Shown here piece by piece: positions 1 to 13,100 of a stretch of 34,782 bases of DNA. Every line of letters starts with the position of its first letter. Within the stretch, counting starts at the first letter, position 1. The notes beneath the pieces are model-generated. The model did no database searches and was not told where the DNA came from. It saw nothing but the letters and a program-made list of their open reading frames with translations. The position numbers and the translations under genes were made by a program. The DNA lies in the NCBI GenBank assembly GCA_008369845.1, contig MRSU01000015.1, forward strand, positions 1 through 34,782, read 5' to 3'. The DNA is from Trichomonas gallinae. Lineage: Eukaryota.

Positions 1-54
1 AAGGAGGAATACGACGAGGCTGGCCCATCCATCGTCCACCGCAAGTGCTTCTAA
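1..54 (+). CDS. ACT: Actin, 3' end only (truncated by window edge)
   Basis: Frame 1 reads KEEYDEAGPSIVHRKCF-TAA, the conserved actin C-terminus, followed by AT-rich 3' UTR. Too short for the ORF track. Confidence 0.97.
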   Translation, partial: KEEYDEAGPSIVHRKCF

Positions 55-59
55 ATAAA
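52..59 (+). terminator. Trichomonad-type polyadenylation signal (TAAA overlapping the stop codon)
   Basis: ttc TAAATAAA at the actin stop. Similar stop-coupled TAAA occurs after the USP gene (TAATAAA, 24178-24184) and the BRCT gene (TAAA, 25920-25923). UAAA overlapping UAA is the described Trichomonas signal. Confidence 0.55.
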
Positions 60-210
60 ATGCGATTTTATTGTCTCAAATTTATTTTTTCATTCATCTA
101 GTTAGAGTCATTTTTTAAAGCTCAAATTCAGGAAGTAGCATCAGAATGTGATGCTGTAATTGATATGATTTGATTTTTTTAAAAATAATATATCAAATAA
201 AGAGATTTAC

Positions 211-3200
211 TTACACAACCTTTGGTGGATCGAAGAAAAGCGGCTGATCCTCTTTGGCCGCAATTGTCTCCTTCTCCATAACAAGCAGAGTCTCGCTGTA
301 TGCGATTTCGTTCCAGACAGACATCGCGAGCCAAGCTGGTGTCGACGCCGCGAAAATCATCGTCATCAGGAGTAATATAGCAGTGAATGAGTTGAAGCAC
401 TCACCGAAGAAGCCCTGCCAGTCTCTGCCCTGCCCATACTTGAGGAGGTAGCTGGACTGGAAGATGCCTGAGAAGGCGACGAGGAGAAGGAGGTTGCCGA
501 TCAAAAGAATCAACGAGTAGTACGTCAGCGTGTTGAGCTGCGTCATCATATACATCGAAACATTAATGACGTTCGCGAAATAGACGATGATAGACAAATA
601 GTCTCTGCCGAGGTCTTTGCCTGTTGAAACCTGTATGAACGCTTCACCGGTCAAGAAATACGCGACTAACATCGTGGCCAATGCCTGGTATATAGCGAGA
701 TACATCCACGAGAGATTCTTGAACGAGATAGTCAACGGGTTTCTCAGCTTCTTGTAGAGGAACGAAAGCCTGTACAAGAAGTTCTCTGAGACGTCCTTCT
801 CGAACAGAATGGCGAGGAGAGGGATGAATGTCCAGATCTGATTGAATGTGAGCAGAGAAAGTGGACCGAAGAACGACTGGCCGGAGAATCCAGTCCAAAT
901 CTGGTACAAAGCCTGGCAGCTGCCAAACTGCAGAGCTTTGTAGAATGAGAAGTGGACGGCGAGAACAGATCTGTGGAGTGATGTGTGTCCGTGAATGAGA
1001 ATGAGGCGGCAGAGGGACCTGAATGATGGAACAGCGAAGTCGCACGAGCTATAGTTGGCGTGACCGTCCTCAGTGAGCATGCCAATGCCGACGTCAGCAG
1101 TTCTGAGCAGCTGAGTATCATTCGCACCGTCGCCGACAGCGAGGACTCTTCTGCCTGTTAACTGGAGCCCAGCGACAATGTCAGCCTTTGTCTGTGGCTT
1201 GCAGCGGTAGAAAATAACGCAGCGAGCCCTGAAGAGTCCTTCTACGAACCCTTCATGTTGCAGGGCGTTGTTGAGAATGTTGCCGCTCATTGAGTCTACC
1301 AAAACAGTGAAAGAGTTCTCAGGGACAAGCATCGCTTTGTGCTCGAAGTCGTCGAGGTCGTTGATGAGGTTGTTATCCCTCAGGTGAACGATCTTCTCAT
1401 TTGTCCTGATCAGGTTCAGCGAGGCGGCGGTGATAATCGTGTTCTTGTGTGCGTCACCTGTAGCAACCCAGATCTTGAGGCCCGCCTGCTGGAGAACGTC
1501 GACTGTGACGTGGACATCCTGCTGCAGGGCGTCTTCGATGCCGACTGTGCCCAAGTATGTCATGTCCTGGTAGATATCTTCTAGAGTCATGTTTTGGTTG
1601 TACTTGTCGAGGCGTTTGTATGAGACTCCGAGAGTTCTCAGGCCACGCATCTGGAGCTTGTCGAACATGATCGATTGCGCGCCAGAGTTCTTCGTGCAAA
1701 TGGGCAAGACGCAGTCCGGGGCTCCCTTCGTATAAGCGAAGTAGCCGTTCTGGTCCTCGATGATAACTGTCATCCTGAAGTCCGTCCTGTTGAACGGGAT
1801 GACGCGCATGATCTTGTACTCGTACGTGCCAAATGGTGCAGAAACAGCCGCCCTGTCCTGAGAGAGCCTGCTGAACTCGAATCCGAGCTGGCGGAGGCCG
1901 CGAATGATGGCAAGCTCGTCCTCCGACGAACCGAAGAGCTCGCCCTGGTCCGTGATGTTGACTGAGTGGCAAATGGAGAGGGCGCGGGACATCTCGACTA
2001 AGTCTGTGTCCTCGCCTGGCTCAGCGAGCAGCTTCTTGAGGTAGTCATCGACTTGGATAGATGCAGCTTCGCCTTCACCGAAAGCGTTCTTTCCGCAATA
2101 CATGGAGATCCAGTCCAGAGAGTTCTTTGTGAGCGTGCCAGTCTTGTCTGCGACGATGATGTCGATCGCGCCGAGGTTTTCTGTGATGTTTGTGGAAAGA
2201 GCCTGAGCAGAGACTCCTGTGATTGGATCGACGAAGTTGAGGTCGTTCGCGATGAAGATTCCGTAGATGAACCTGAAAATAGGAAGCATCAGCTTCAGCG
2301 TAATCGGAATCAAAAATGAAAGCAAAAGTAAGTTGCGTGTGATGCAGACTAAGGCAACGAAGAATTTGATGTCGTGCCAGACTTCGATTGTGCCTACATA
2401 TGTCTGAGGCTCGCCTGGCTTGTTCATCTTCTGGAGGAAGAAATATCCGAGAAGGCCGAGGACAATTGCAACGACAACTTGAAGCGTGAACATGACAACA
2501 GTGAGCTTTTCGAGGTAAACATCAATCAATGTCCTTCTTGCAATATATTTAATCTTTGAATTTCCAGTTCTGCAGTGAGAGCCTGTGTAAAGGGCAAGGA
2601 AATAGAAAACACCAGAATTCTGGATGACAGAACCGCGCTCAACGAAGTTAGAATTGTCGAATGATGTGATTAAATCTCCATTATCGCGTAATTCGAACTT
2701 TGAAGTCTTTTTCTTATGTACATTGAAACCAGAGTCGTATTTAGACTGTGGATTAACTCCTGTATTTTGAAGGAGAAATTCACCAGAGACATCGCGAGTT
2801 TCAACATCGGGGCTTGTAGCATCAACATATCCCGTGATTTGCGAGAGATTTACTGAATCCGGAATTCGAATCGGATATTTATCCTTTGGTTTTGATTCAC
2901 CGTCAATTTTTGACGTATTTACCAAAACAGAGATCTGATCTGTTTTTAGGACGATGCAGTCGCATGGAAGCGGCGTGTGATCGTCGATTTGGATGATATC
3001 TCCGGGTCTGATTTTATGATAGCTGAAACTGCATTGAACGTGATCTCTAAATACAGTATACGTGTGCTTTTCATTCATTTTAACCGATTTTGCAGTCTTG
3101 TGGAAGTCCCAGGCCTGAATAAGATATGAAAAAAGAAAAACGACGAGTAATGGTAAGAAAGTTGTTAACGCATTTGTTGAGGCTAAGTCTCCTGGCAATA

Positions 3201-3378
3201 TTTGAAATATACCTAATATCAAAAAGTAGATAGAATAGAAAGAATTCAATTCTACAAGGATAACCTGCCAAGCAAGCACTAAATACATAACGACAGAAGT
3301 TCCGTTCTTGTTTTTGGGGAATTTCTCGTTCTGCGAAGAATCTCCTATAACAACATGGTGAAGCGGATGAGCCTCCAT
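211..3378 (-). CDS. P4-type ATPase (phospholipid flippase), 1055 aa
   Basis: DKTGTLT phosphorylation motif, KIDGES (DGET-like A-domain motif), TM4 LIPITLK (P4 PISL-like, not PEGL), WVATGD, GDGAND, IFYRCKPQTK, and P4-typical DFAVPSFRSLCRLILIHG. About 10 hydrophobic segments. Confidence 0.95.
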   Translation of the reverse strand: MEAHPLHHVVIGDSSQNEKFPKNKNGTSVVMYLVLAWQVILVELNSFYSIYFLILGIFQILPGDLASTNALTTFLPLLVVFLFSYLIQAWDFHKTAKSVKMNEKHTYTVFRDHVQCSFSYHKIRPGDIIQIDDHTPLPCDCIVLKTDQISVLVNTSKIDGESKPKDKYPIRIPDSVNLSQITGYVDATSPDVETRDVSGEFLLQNTGVNPQSKYDSGFNVHKKKTSKFELRDNGDLITSFDNSNFVERGSVIQNSGVFYFLALYTGSHCRTGNSKIKYIARRTLIDVYLEKLTVVMFTLQVVVAIVLGLLGYFFLQKMNKPGEPQTYVGTIEVWHDIKFFVALVCITRNLLLLSFLIPITLKLMLPIFRFIYGIFIANDLNFVDPITGVSAQALSTNITENLGAIDIIVADKTGTLTKNSLDWISMYCGKNAFGEGEAASIQVDDYLKKLLAEPGEDTDLVEMSRALSICHSVNITDQGELFGSSEDELAIIRGLRQLGFEFSRLSQDRAAVSAPFGTYEYKIMRVIPFNRTDFRMTVIIEDQNGYFAYTKGAPDCVLPICTKNSGAQSIMFDKLQMRGLRTLGVSYKRLDKYNQNMTLEDIYQDMTYLGTVGIEDALQQDVHVTVDVLQQAGLKIWVATGDAHKNTIITAASLNLIRTNEKIVHLRDNNLINDLDDFEHKAMLVPENSFTVLVDSMSGNILNNALQHEGFVEGLFRARCVIFYRCKPQTKADIVAGLQLTGRRVLAVGDGANDTQLLRTADVGIGMLTEDGHANYSSCDFAVPSFRSLCRLILIHGHTSLHRSVLAVHFSFYKALQFGSCQALYQIWTGFSGQSFFGPLSLLTFNQIWTFIPLLAILFEKDVSENFLYRLSFLYKKLRNPLTISFKNLSWMYLAIYQALATMLVAYFLTGEAFIQVSTGKDLGRDYLSIIVYFANVINVSMYMMTQLNTLTYYSLILLIGNLLLLVAFSGIFQSSYLLKYGQGRDWQGFFGECFNSFTAILLLMTMIFAASTPAWLAMSVWNEIAYSETLLVMEKETIAAKEDQPLFFDPPKVV

Positions 3379-3393
3379 GCTGCTTATTATTTA

Positions 3394-3418
3394 TGACACA
3401 TAAACATTTTATGTGTCA
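3394..3418. promoter_or_regulatory. Perfect 11-bp inverted repeat TGACACATAAA-cat-TTTATGTGTCA abutting the Inr-like TCA of the flippase gene
   Basis: Arms at 3394-3404 and 3408-3418 are exact reverse complements. On the minus strand the repeat ends in TCATAA about 15 nt before the ATG. Confidence 0.6.
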
Positions 3419-4116
3419 ATATTTTTATTTTCATTTATTTCAACGATTTATAACATCTTATATCATATAATCTCATTTAATCACTGAAATTCTCAAAAAC
3501 ATTAAGTTTTCCCTGAAATAAAAAGTGACAATGATTTCATTCCTATGGAATGAAAAGCAGCAATGAAAAGTGAATGATTATTTAGAGAGTCTGACTATTT
3601 ATCACTACAAATTGTCGAACAAGGTGGTAATCTTACCAACTATTTATCACTGAGTTTGACGTTGATAAAGATAATACTAAAGAAAAACTCAACAAAGCGA
3701 TTAAAATATAAATAATATCGTCAATAAAAACAATATAGAAGTTGATAAAACACCAGCAAAGACAATAATCGAATAATTTAATTATACAAAAAATAATATA
3801 TTAGCAAAAGATTAATTTGTTTGTATTATAAAGATATACTAGCTGAGAAAAAACATTTTATGCATCTTACATTCATTATTTTCAAAATATATTTTTTTCA
3901 AAAATATATTATCAGGACTATATTACAATGTATTCTAGATATATAATTTGTATCGAATACTATACATTTCCATTAATTCCTAACTGATTGAAAAAGAATA
4001 AATTTTGAAATTTGCCAAAATTCGAATGGAAATTTATCAAAAAAACTTAATTTTCTTCAAGTATAGAGTATAATAAGACTAATGCTAAAATATAAAATAA
4101 AAACGATTTTTTTTGA

Positions 4117-4139
4117 GGCCGTTTATAAAAATTTCAAAA
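4117..4139 (+). promoter_or_regulatory. Core promoter of the Hydin-like gene (M3-like GGCCGTTT, AAAATTT, then TCAAAA before ATG)
   Basis: GGCCGTTT at 4117-4124 fits the Trichomonas Myb-recognised M3 core element as recalled. TTTCAAAAATG places the likely start at 4140, not the TTG at 4113. Confidence 0.45.
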
Positions 4140-7100
4140 ATGTTTTCTAAATCTTTTTCAATCGATCCTGGGATGGGTTTATTTCCGCCAACCGTCTTTG
4201 GGTCGACGTCTCGCCTCGTGGTTAAAATTAATAACAACAGCGACAAGTTATTAAGATATGAATGGCGAAAATATTCGACAGAAGAACAAGAAAACAAGCT
4301 ACTAAAAGGACTGGACCAATTAACACCACTTTACCGACAAAATAAATACGAAAATGTCATTTTTTCATCAAATTATTTCAAATTCGAGAATATAAATTCG
4401 GAAATTTGGCCTAAAAGATATCAGCAAATCATTGTTTCATTCACACCTACACAACAAAACACTGTAAACGAAATTGCGTATTTATTTAATTTAGATACAA
4501 ATGAAAGAATTCCATTTTCGCTGCAAGGATCTGGAATACCTCCACACGCTGAGCTAAATCTCGAATTGATCAATGCTGGGCATATTTGCTTTGACAGATC
4601 TTATCAATATCAAGCTTTATTACGAAATAGCGGGCAAATACCTTACGAGTTCGAAATAGAGGACTATAGTAACAGACAGATCGGTTTTGAGTTCAAACCT
4701 GATCGTGGAACAGTAAATGTCGGCGCAACAGTTCCAATCAATATAAATGTGCTTGCGAATCGAATTGGCTTGTTTAACGAGCAATTCACAGTTAGGATAA
4801 TTGGTGCTGAATATGTTTCACCTAAGCTCTGGGTCAGGGGAAGAGTTATTGGGCCAACTTTCGACATTGTTCCTAAATCAGTGAACTTCGGCACAGTTTC
4901 TTTCGGATTTTTGTACACTCAGACGCTGGAAATCACTAATGACAGCGACATTCCGTTTGATTTCCAGCTTGTCATTCACCAGGATCCGACATTCAGACTG
5001 AGTGAGGTCTCTGTTTTGCCAGATCATGGAATTGTTCAAAAATTTTCGAAAACAAAAGTGAAGTTAGAATTTTTGCCAGTAGACTTAAAGGAATACAACA
5101 TCAATTTAGATGTCATGAGCCCTGAGTACGAGAAGCCACTCATGACCATCCCAGTCAAAGCTCACTGCATTTGCCCTGAAGTATCTGTCGAGAAAACAGA
5201 AATAGATGTTGGGCAAGTTTTCATTGGCAAAAAAACTCCAGTCGATGTTAGAATTTGCAACAGAACAGGTTTTCCAGCAAAATACGAATATATTGAGCCA
5301 ACAGATCCAACAATATTAGAGGCTTCTTTTGAAATAGAAAAGAGAACCGGAGATATTCCTGCTTTTAAAACGACAGAAGTTAAATTTTACATCACGCCAA
5401 AAATCATCGGCAGCATTCAGTTAATTCGCTATTTGAAAATTTTAGGAAGCAAACTAAATCCTTTGTCGTTTTTGGTTCACGCAGACTCTGTCGGCCCAAT
5501 AATAAATTACTCGGAAAAAGAGATTGATTTTGGTGTAATGACAGTTTTGAACGAGAACATTTATGATTTAGTTTTCGAAAACAGAAGCACAATCAACGCA
5601 GACTACAAAGTGTGTGTGAGGGGAAAATGCTTTTCAATAGATGAAAATGCAGGAACAATAGAACCAAATTCCACACACGTTTTCAAGATAAAAGGCAGAT
5701 TAACAGACGCCTTAGCATTTACTGGCGAGTTTTTCATCATCATTGAGCATCTGACCCCTATTACAATCCCCCTGAAAGCAAAAGGCCGTGGATCACCGAT
5801 CGTCTCTTCAATAAACATGAGCAGGATAGATTTCGGATATTCGTTCGTCGACGACGTCATCACGAAGCAGTTCACGTTATCAAATCACGGAACAAGGCCG
5901 CTCGAAGTGAAGTGGGACACGAAAAGAAACGGAAGGAAAGAGCTAAAAATGTCGATTGAGCCAGACCTCAAATGCATTTATCCAGGCGAGTCAATTGTTT
6001 ATAACGTGTCGCTGACGTCTGCTGTGCCGATAGATTATAAAGTCAGCGCAATTTGCACGCAGTTGATGGGGAAGAAATCTTTTGAAATATTCAACACAGA
6101 AATCTGCGGAAAAATCATTATGCACGTTTTAGAGTTCAAGAAGAAGTCAATGGTATTCAACTACATCCACAACACGGCGGAAGAAGAAATGATAGATACG
6201 AAAGATACGAAGCCATCAAAATCTCTCCTGAAATCAATTTATCAGACAAACGAAATAACAAACAAAGGAGAACTGCCTTTGGACGTGTTTATTGACATCC
6301 AGGAGCCATTCTCTGCATCGACAAACAAAATCTGCACACTTCCTGGCCAAACTTACGAATTTGACGTGATTTTTGATCCGTCTTTCAAAGAAGATTTTTC
6401 GAGCGAAACAGTTTCGCAAACAGTTGTTTTTTACCTAGAAAACAATCCACACAAATTCACTGTTGACCTCCATGCAAACTTAATATTCCCAAATTTGGGC
6501 TTCGACATTACAAAAGACATAGATTTTGGAATTCAGCTGAAAAACACAGAATCGCAAAAAGTCCACAAAATGAAAAATACCAGCAACGTTGATGTCGAGT
6601 TTGTCTGGACTTTGTACAATAATACAGACGAGAATGCATCGAATATATTCGATGTCACTCCAATAAGAGGCATTTTAAGACCAGGAGAGTCTCAAAACAT
6701 CAATTTCCAATACTTTGCGGCAGTTTCAAATTACAAGTCAAACTTCGAAGCAAAAGCAGTTTGTCACGTAATTGGCGGACCAGATTACGTGTTCAAAATG
6801 CTAGGAAAAAGCGCAGATCTTGACTACAAAGTGTCTCCAACTGAAATAAACTTCGGAAACAGATCATATAACGACACATTGACGAATGTTGTTGTCATCG
6901 AAAACACTTCGCAAGTTAATTTGCCTTTCCAAGTTAAAACTCCACACAGGTCAATGTTTTCGGAGTTCGTTGTTGAGCCATCTTCTGGTGTGTTGATGCC
7001 CGGAGAGATGAAGACGTTAAATGTGTCAATAGTTGCAGGTGTTCCACTGAGCATCAAAGAATGTTTCCTGGTGAAATTCGATGTTTTCCAAGAAGTTGAA

Positions 7101-10100
7101 ATCCAAGTTGCAGCAAATTGCTTCATTTACCAGCTGCAGACAACAATACCAAGGTCACAAGATGACCCTTTATACGCGATATTCAACAAAAAGCCAAAGC
7201 GAAACTTGTTCAAAGTTCTCAAAGTCAACGACGTTTCTAAGGAGCACTACTCTGAGATAGAGTACGAAATGGTCAGAGACAGGTTACTGGAACACATCCC
7301 AAAGACAAGATGCATCGTTGGCAAGCACGGGCAAAAGTTATTCACGGGCAGATACAATTCGAGGTTCGTCGTTGATATGGAGTCAATTGTTTTGGGTGAC
7401 ACTAAAGAGATGACGTTTGAGTTCACTTCAATTACACCATTCAGCATGAATTTTGAGCTCTTTGATTCATGCTTGGCAGGCTCAGGATTCTTTCTCAGCC
7501 AGAATGTTTTCAGCAATGTGATGCCTGATTATCCACAAACCATCACATTCTTCTTTGACACGGCAAAGAGAACGAGTGACAAAATTGATGATGTTTCCTA
7601 TGACATTCCTCTTGTTTTCGATGACGAGTCCGCTTACCTGATCCAGCTAAAGGCGAAGCTTGTGATGCCTGCGCTAGAGTTCTCATCAATGCACTTAGAC
7701 TTCGAGCAGACAATTGTTGGCCAGAAGAGAATCAAAACTGTACAAATCAGGAATAACAACTCCCTGCAGACAGATTTTGTCATTGCTCCGTGCGAATCCA
7801 CTTCTATGATCTTCAGGGGACGAAAAGAGGATATTCCATTCAGGTGCTCAACGAGCTCATGCTCTTTGCCGCCGAATTCGTTCATCAACATCGATATTGT
7901 TTTCTTTCCAGCGGCTGAGAAAAACTACTCGATGCAGTTTCCGATTACAATCAAACACAACAATCAGCTTCTCTATTTAACAGTCAAAGGAAGCGGCTCA
8001 CAACTCAAATTAGTTTTTGATCCTCCAGAGCTCTGCTTCCCAGCAACATTGGCTTTTTCAGAGCCTCTTTTTATGGACTTCAAAATGATAAATCCGACAA
8101 CAAGTCCAGTGACGATTTTCTCAAATCAGTTCGACTTCCAAATCTTTTACGATCAACTCCTGGAGAGCAAAAGCGCAAAGATTACACCAGAATCAACTAG
8201 ATCGAATTTAATAGCTGAAGGAAGGGATGTCGTAAACAAGTTTGCCATTTGCGTCATTGTCCATGGCGTCACAAAAAGCGGAAAAACAACAGTTGCAAAC
8301 AGAATCGCGAATTATCTCAATCTAGAAATTCTGAATCTCAGAGACATCTTTGCCAACAAAGAATCCCAAGGTGAATGTGTTGAGGAGCTCTCCCTTGTCC
8401 TCAAAGAGAGGAAGTACGACAAAGGCTTCATTGTCGATGGCCTGGATGCATTTCCAGATCCACCAGAGTCAGACAAATTCATAAGCGATACACTAAAACA
8501 CAAAGGCGTTCTCGATGAAATTGCAAACAATCCATTCACTGTTTTCCCACACAACTTTCAGACAGGAGCAGAACTATGCTTGTCTCTGCTTCTCAGCTGC
8601 TTGAATGGCCATTTTGTCATTGGTGTTTTCGTTCAGGCAACAGAAGGCGAAATTTTGCTCCACGAAATTGACGCGAAGTCAGAAGACAACTACCAGCAAA
8701 CAGTTTTACAGAACAAACTACTCGAGAGATATCTGAACATGAACGAAGAAGAGTATTTGGAGCTGTCTATAAGCGAACAAGCAGTTGCCGACAAAGTCAG
8801 GCAAGAATACCGCAAAAAATTACTCCCAATCGAAGAAGAAATTCCAAAGACACCAAAACCACTCAAATCCTCTGGATCCAGGCTGTCGCTGAAGTCACAA
8901 AAGTCAACCGCAAGCCTGAGAAGTGGAGTTTCTGGATCTGTCGGCAAGAAAACGAAAGGAAAGTACTCAGAGAAAGACAGGATGCTCTATTTGTTCAATT
9001 TCACTTGCGGAACAATTTCGCAGAGATTAAACGAAGGAAACACAAACTTCCACGCGATCGATCCGCTTTCATTGAGGAAAGGAAACGAAGTTGTTGATGT
9101 TGACTATTATCATTCTGGCTGCTGCATTTGCATCAACACGGCTGATTCCATTTCGAGAAACGAAAAGTGCTGGCGTTCTTTCATTCCAGAAGCAGATAAA
9201 TTCAGACTTAGAGTTCTGATGACACTGATATCTCCTCAGAGACTGATTCTCCCATCAAATGAACCAGATGCCAATGTTTTAACACTTGAGCCAGAGCCAA
9301 AATTCTTTGGAATATATAACACTGAATCTGCTTATGTTCCTCAAGTTGTCGAAAAACCTCCACCAACAAACATAAAGTCGCGAACGTCAAGGAGGGAAAA
9401 ACGTCCAGAACCAAACGAAGAAGTTGACCAACAGAAGCAGATTGAGGAACTACTGGAGCAGTACGAGATAATGAAATACACGAAGAGGTGGGAAATTCCT
9501 CCAGGAGAAAGTGTCAAACTCACAGCAATCTTCAACGGTTTGTATGAAGGGAACTATATCGACATTTTAAGGTTCAGCATTCTGGACAGCGCAAACAACG
9601 TTTTCTCTCTCCCGATGAAAGCATCGCTGATTCTCCCAGATTTAGACAGAGATCCAAAAATGCTCTACAACAAAGTCGCTGACAAACTGACACCCAAAAC
9701 AAAGAATTCTTTCATCATTGAACTAGACGAGTACCACTTTGGCTCTGTCATTCCCTCCCAAAACAAGCATGGCTCAAAGAATTTCAAGCCAGCTTACAAC
9801 GACTACTTCACGCTGAAGAACAACACCGCAGTTCCAACAGTCGTCACGCCTTTTATTTTGCAGACAGCGCCGAAGAACACATGGTATGTCGAGCTGAAAG
9901 AGTTCACAATTCAACCAGGTGAAAAGTATCAGTACAAAATTGGATTTAATCCAATGACAGCTGATACTTACAGAGCTAATCTCACATTCATGATAAAAGA
10001 CAACGCGGGCCCATTGATCATTCCAATTGTCGCCGATGTCACAAACCCAATGATCGATCTTTCGTCGCAGACATTAAACTTCGAGAAACTCCTCCCAAAG

Positions 10101-13100
10101 CAGGAAAGAACATTATCTTTAACACTCAAAAACAGTGGAAGAGTTCCATGCTATTTCAAACTAAAGAACATCAAAGCGCTAGGATCAGTGTTCGAGTTCT
10201 CTCACGACGAAGGCCCGATTCCAGTTAGGGGCTCTTTCCAGATCACAGTCAAATATTCATCCCAGAAGAAAGACGTGATCAAGAAGAGTTTTTACATTGA
10301 TCTTTACGACGAGAAACAGATCAAGGTTGCAAACACTTACACAATAACGGTCTGCGCAGAGACATTTGACACTGCTTTCGACTTCGTTTATCCGAAAGGA
10401 ATGTCTTTGCTTGATTACGGAGTCGTCAAAGTCAACGAAACGAAGAATTTGATCAGCACATTGAAGAACAAAGGAAAGTATCCACTTCACTACAAGTTTG
10501 ACATCAACAAGAACTTCCAGTACATCAAAATCTCACACATGGAAGGAGTCTTGACACCAACGGAGAAACCTCTCCCAATTACATTTTCATTCACTTCGAA
10601 GAAAATTGTCAAGTTCGAAAACAAGAAAGTCATCAACTTGATCATAACAGACGCCGAAGTCAAGGATAAATCACACACCATGCCAATTATATTAAATGTG
10701 GAATCAACTACATCCAAGTACGAAATTTCACCTGACAAAATACTGGATTTTGGCCCGTGCACCATCAACATTCCTGCCCAGAAATCATTTACGATAAAGA
10801 ACAACGGATTCTTCCCATTCGAGTTTGAGATCACTCCAGTTGTACCAGAAAAAGAAGAGGAGGTCAAAGAATCTTCAAGGAGGTCATCAAGAAGGTCAAC
10901 CAAATCGAAACCAAAGCCGAAAGATAAGTCAAAATCAAAAGCAAACGCGAAGACAGTTATGCCGAAGAAGAACAAGAAAGGAAACCAGAAGATCACTTTC
11001 GGTCCATACACTTTCTCGACTTGGTGGGGAACTGTTCATCCAAATCAGTCTGTAACAATCACAGTTGACTACACAGGAACAGCTGCTTGGAAGCAGGAAC
11101 AAGATGTCACGATCAAAATAACTGATCCACCACAAGGAGAAGAAAATGGCATCAAGTACCATGTTCAATCTGAATGTTTCGCGCCTAAAATTGAGGTTGA
11201 TGACTTCGAAAACATCTTCAAGGGTCAAAGGTTGTGTCTCAGAGGCGACATAGAAGGCAATGACTGCACAGCTTTTCTCGAGGACGAAAAGTGTTTGCAT
11301 TTTGCATCTTTGAGAGTTAAAGCGGAACAGACTGTTCCTCTTACGTTAATAAACACTCAGCCAATTCCTGCTACTGTCGAAGTTTCTCTGTCTGAAGCAC
11401 GTGGATTCAAGATAAGTTCGCCTAGGATTGAAGTCCCGCCACAATCGGAGTCAATTCTTGGTGTTACGTTTTCTCCCCTAGAAAGCGAATCTTATTCATC
11501 AATTCTTCAAGCGGTTGTAAGAGTAAACGGAAGAGATCCATCACAAACTCTGAGACTGGCACTAGAAGGCAAAGGATCATTGCCGCTGATTGAGTTTGCT
11601 GACGCAAAATCTAAGTCTTTTTCTTTCGGAAAGACTCTCGTTGGCACTCAAAAGGAGCACAAAGTATCTATCATCAACGCTGCTTTGATTGATAGCAACG
11701 TAACATTCCACGTTTCTCCAAACTCAGATTTCATATTAGAAGGCCTAGAGGCGATGAAGCCGATCACATTAAAGCCGATGGAGACTTTCAATTTCGCAGT
11801 CATATTTAAACCAGCGAAATCGAAGCACTCAAGCATCTCGATACAGGCAAAAGTTATGGGAAACAATCAGTCGACACTGTCCATGGAGTATGATGGAGAA
11901 GGCTTAATAGAAGACCTAATATTGGATGGACAAACAATCGAAAACGACACATTATCATTTGACGACGTTGTCATCTGCACGAATTCAACGAAGAGTTTCA
12001 TCATGAAGAATATTTCAGAAAAAGACATCAGGTATCAATGGATCTGTCAGAATCCGAACGACTTCAAGATTATCCCATCATGCGGACATCTTTTCGCGCG
12101 CAATTCCATTGAGATTTCAGTGACATTCAGGTCTGACAAGCCGGTGAAAGTCAACAGCAGAATGACCTGCCAGTGGTCGAACGCAAGGTTTGAAGACAAA
12201 ACTCCATGGAATGACTCAATGAAGGAGATGAAGCTGCAGATAGATGAACCAATTCCTGTACAGCCTCCTCCATCATTGAGAAGGTCAGCGAGAAGAAAAG
12301 GAAACACAGCAAGAAGCTCCTCAAAGAACCTCTCAACGGTCCCTTCTTTCGTCGCAAAGAAAGTCATGGTGACGAAGCCGGAACCAGCATTCACAGTCGT
12401 CGGCCAGAAGCAGAAAGACATTATTCTCAAGCTCGCAGGAACATGCGATGACATCAGGTGCGGAATTGCCGTTCCTGGAGATAAAGGAGCTGATTCCCTC
12501 AACTTTGCGCCAACGATGATGTTCGAATCGCGAAAGACTCCTGTTGAGATCAACAACTCAAGCAAGATCGCTATGAAATATGCATGGCGCATCATCAACT
12601 TTTCGTCAATGGCTGGAACGACAAACATTCCGTTTTCAGTTGAGCCATCCGAAGGCTACGTTCCTCCATCATCAACGATGCAGTTCGACGTATTGTTCAG
12701 TCCATCAACAGTTGATGACTTCTCGTGCGACATCTGCTGCGTGTTTGGCCAGAACAATATCGACAGCTTCGACAAAGTCACTCCAGACTTCCTGCCGATG
12801 ATTCACGCGACTGGACTCAGCAGGCGCCCAATCTGCCACTTCGATGTCAAACTCAGTGACTACCTGAAGAGGAGGCACCCAGACTACACGAATCCTCTCC
12901 CAGAAGACATCAAAGTCGTCGAAGTCTCAAGCAAAAACGTCGGCGATGTTTCGCAGCTGAGATTTGGCATCATGAACACAACCAGCATGATGTACGAGAG
13001 CTACTGGAAGCTTGTTTCCGGAGGAGACGTTATATCATGCGAAACACCACTTCAGATCATTTCTTCATCGCGCAGATATGAAATGATCTTCGTTTACAAG

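Noticed and set aside
179..2559. Many short ORFs overlapping the flippase gene on both strands
   Set aside because: Shadow ORFs produced by GC3-rich codon usage of the real gene; no motifs.
4664..12801. Antisense ORFs within Hydin (likewise within the cyclase and the 2-kaa gene)
   Set aside because: Mostly codon-registered antisense shadows of long genes, with no independent coding signal.
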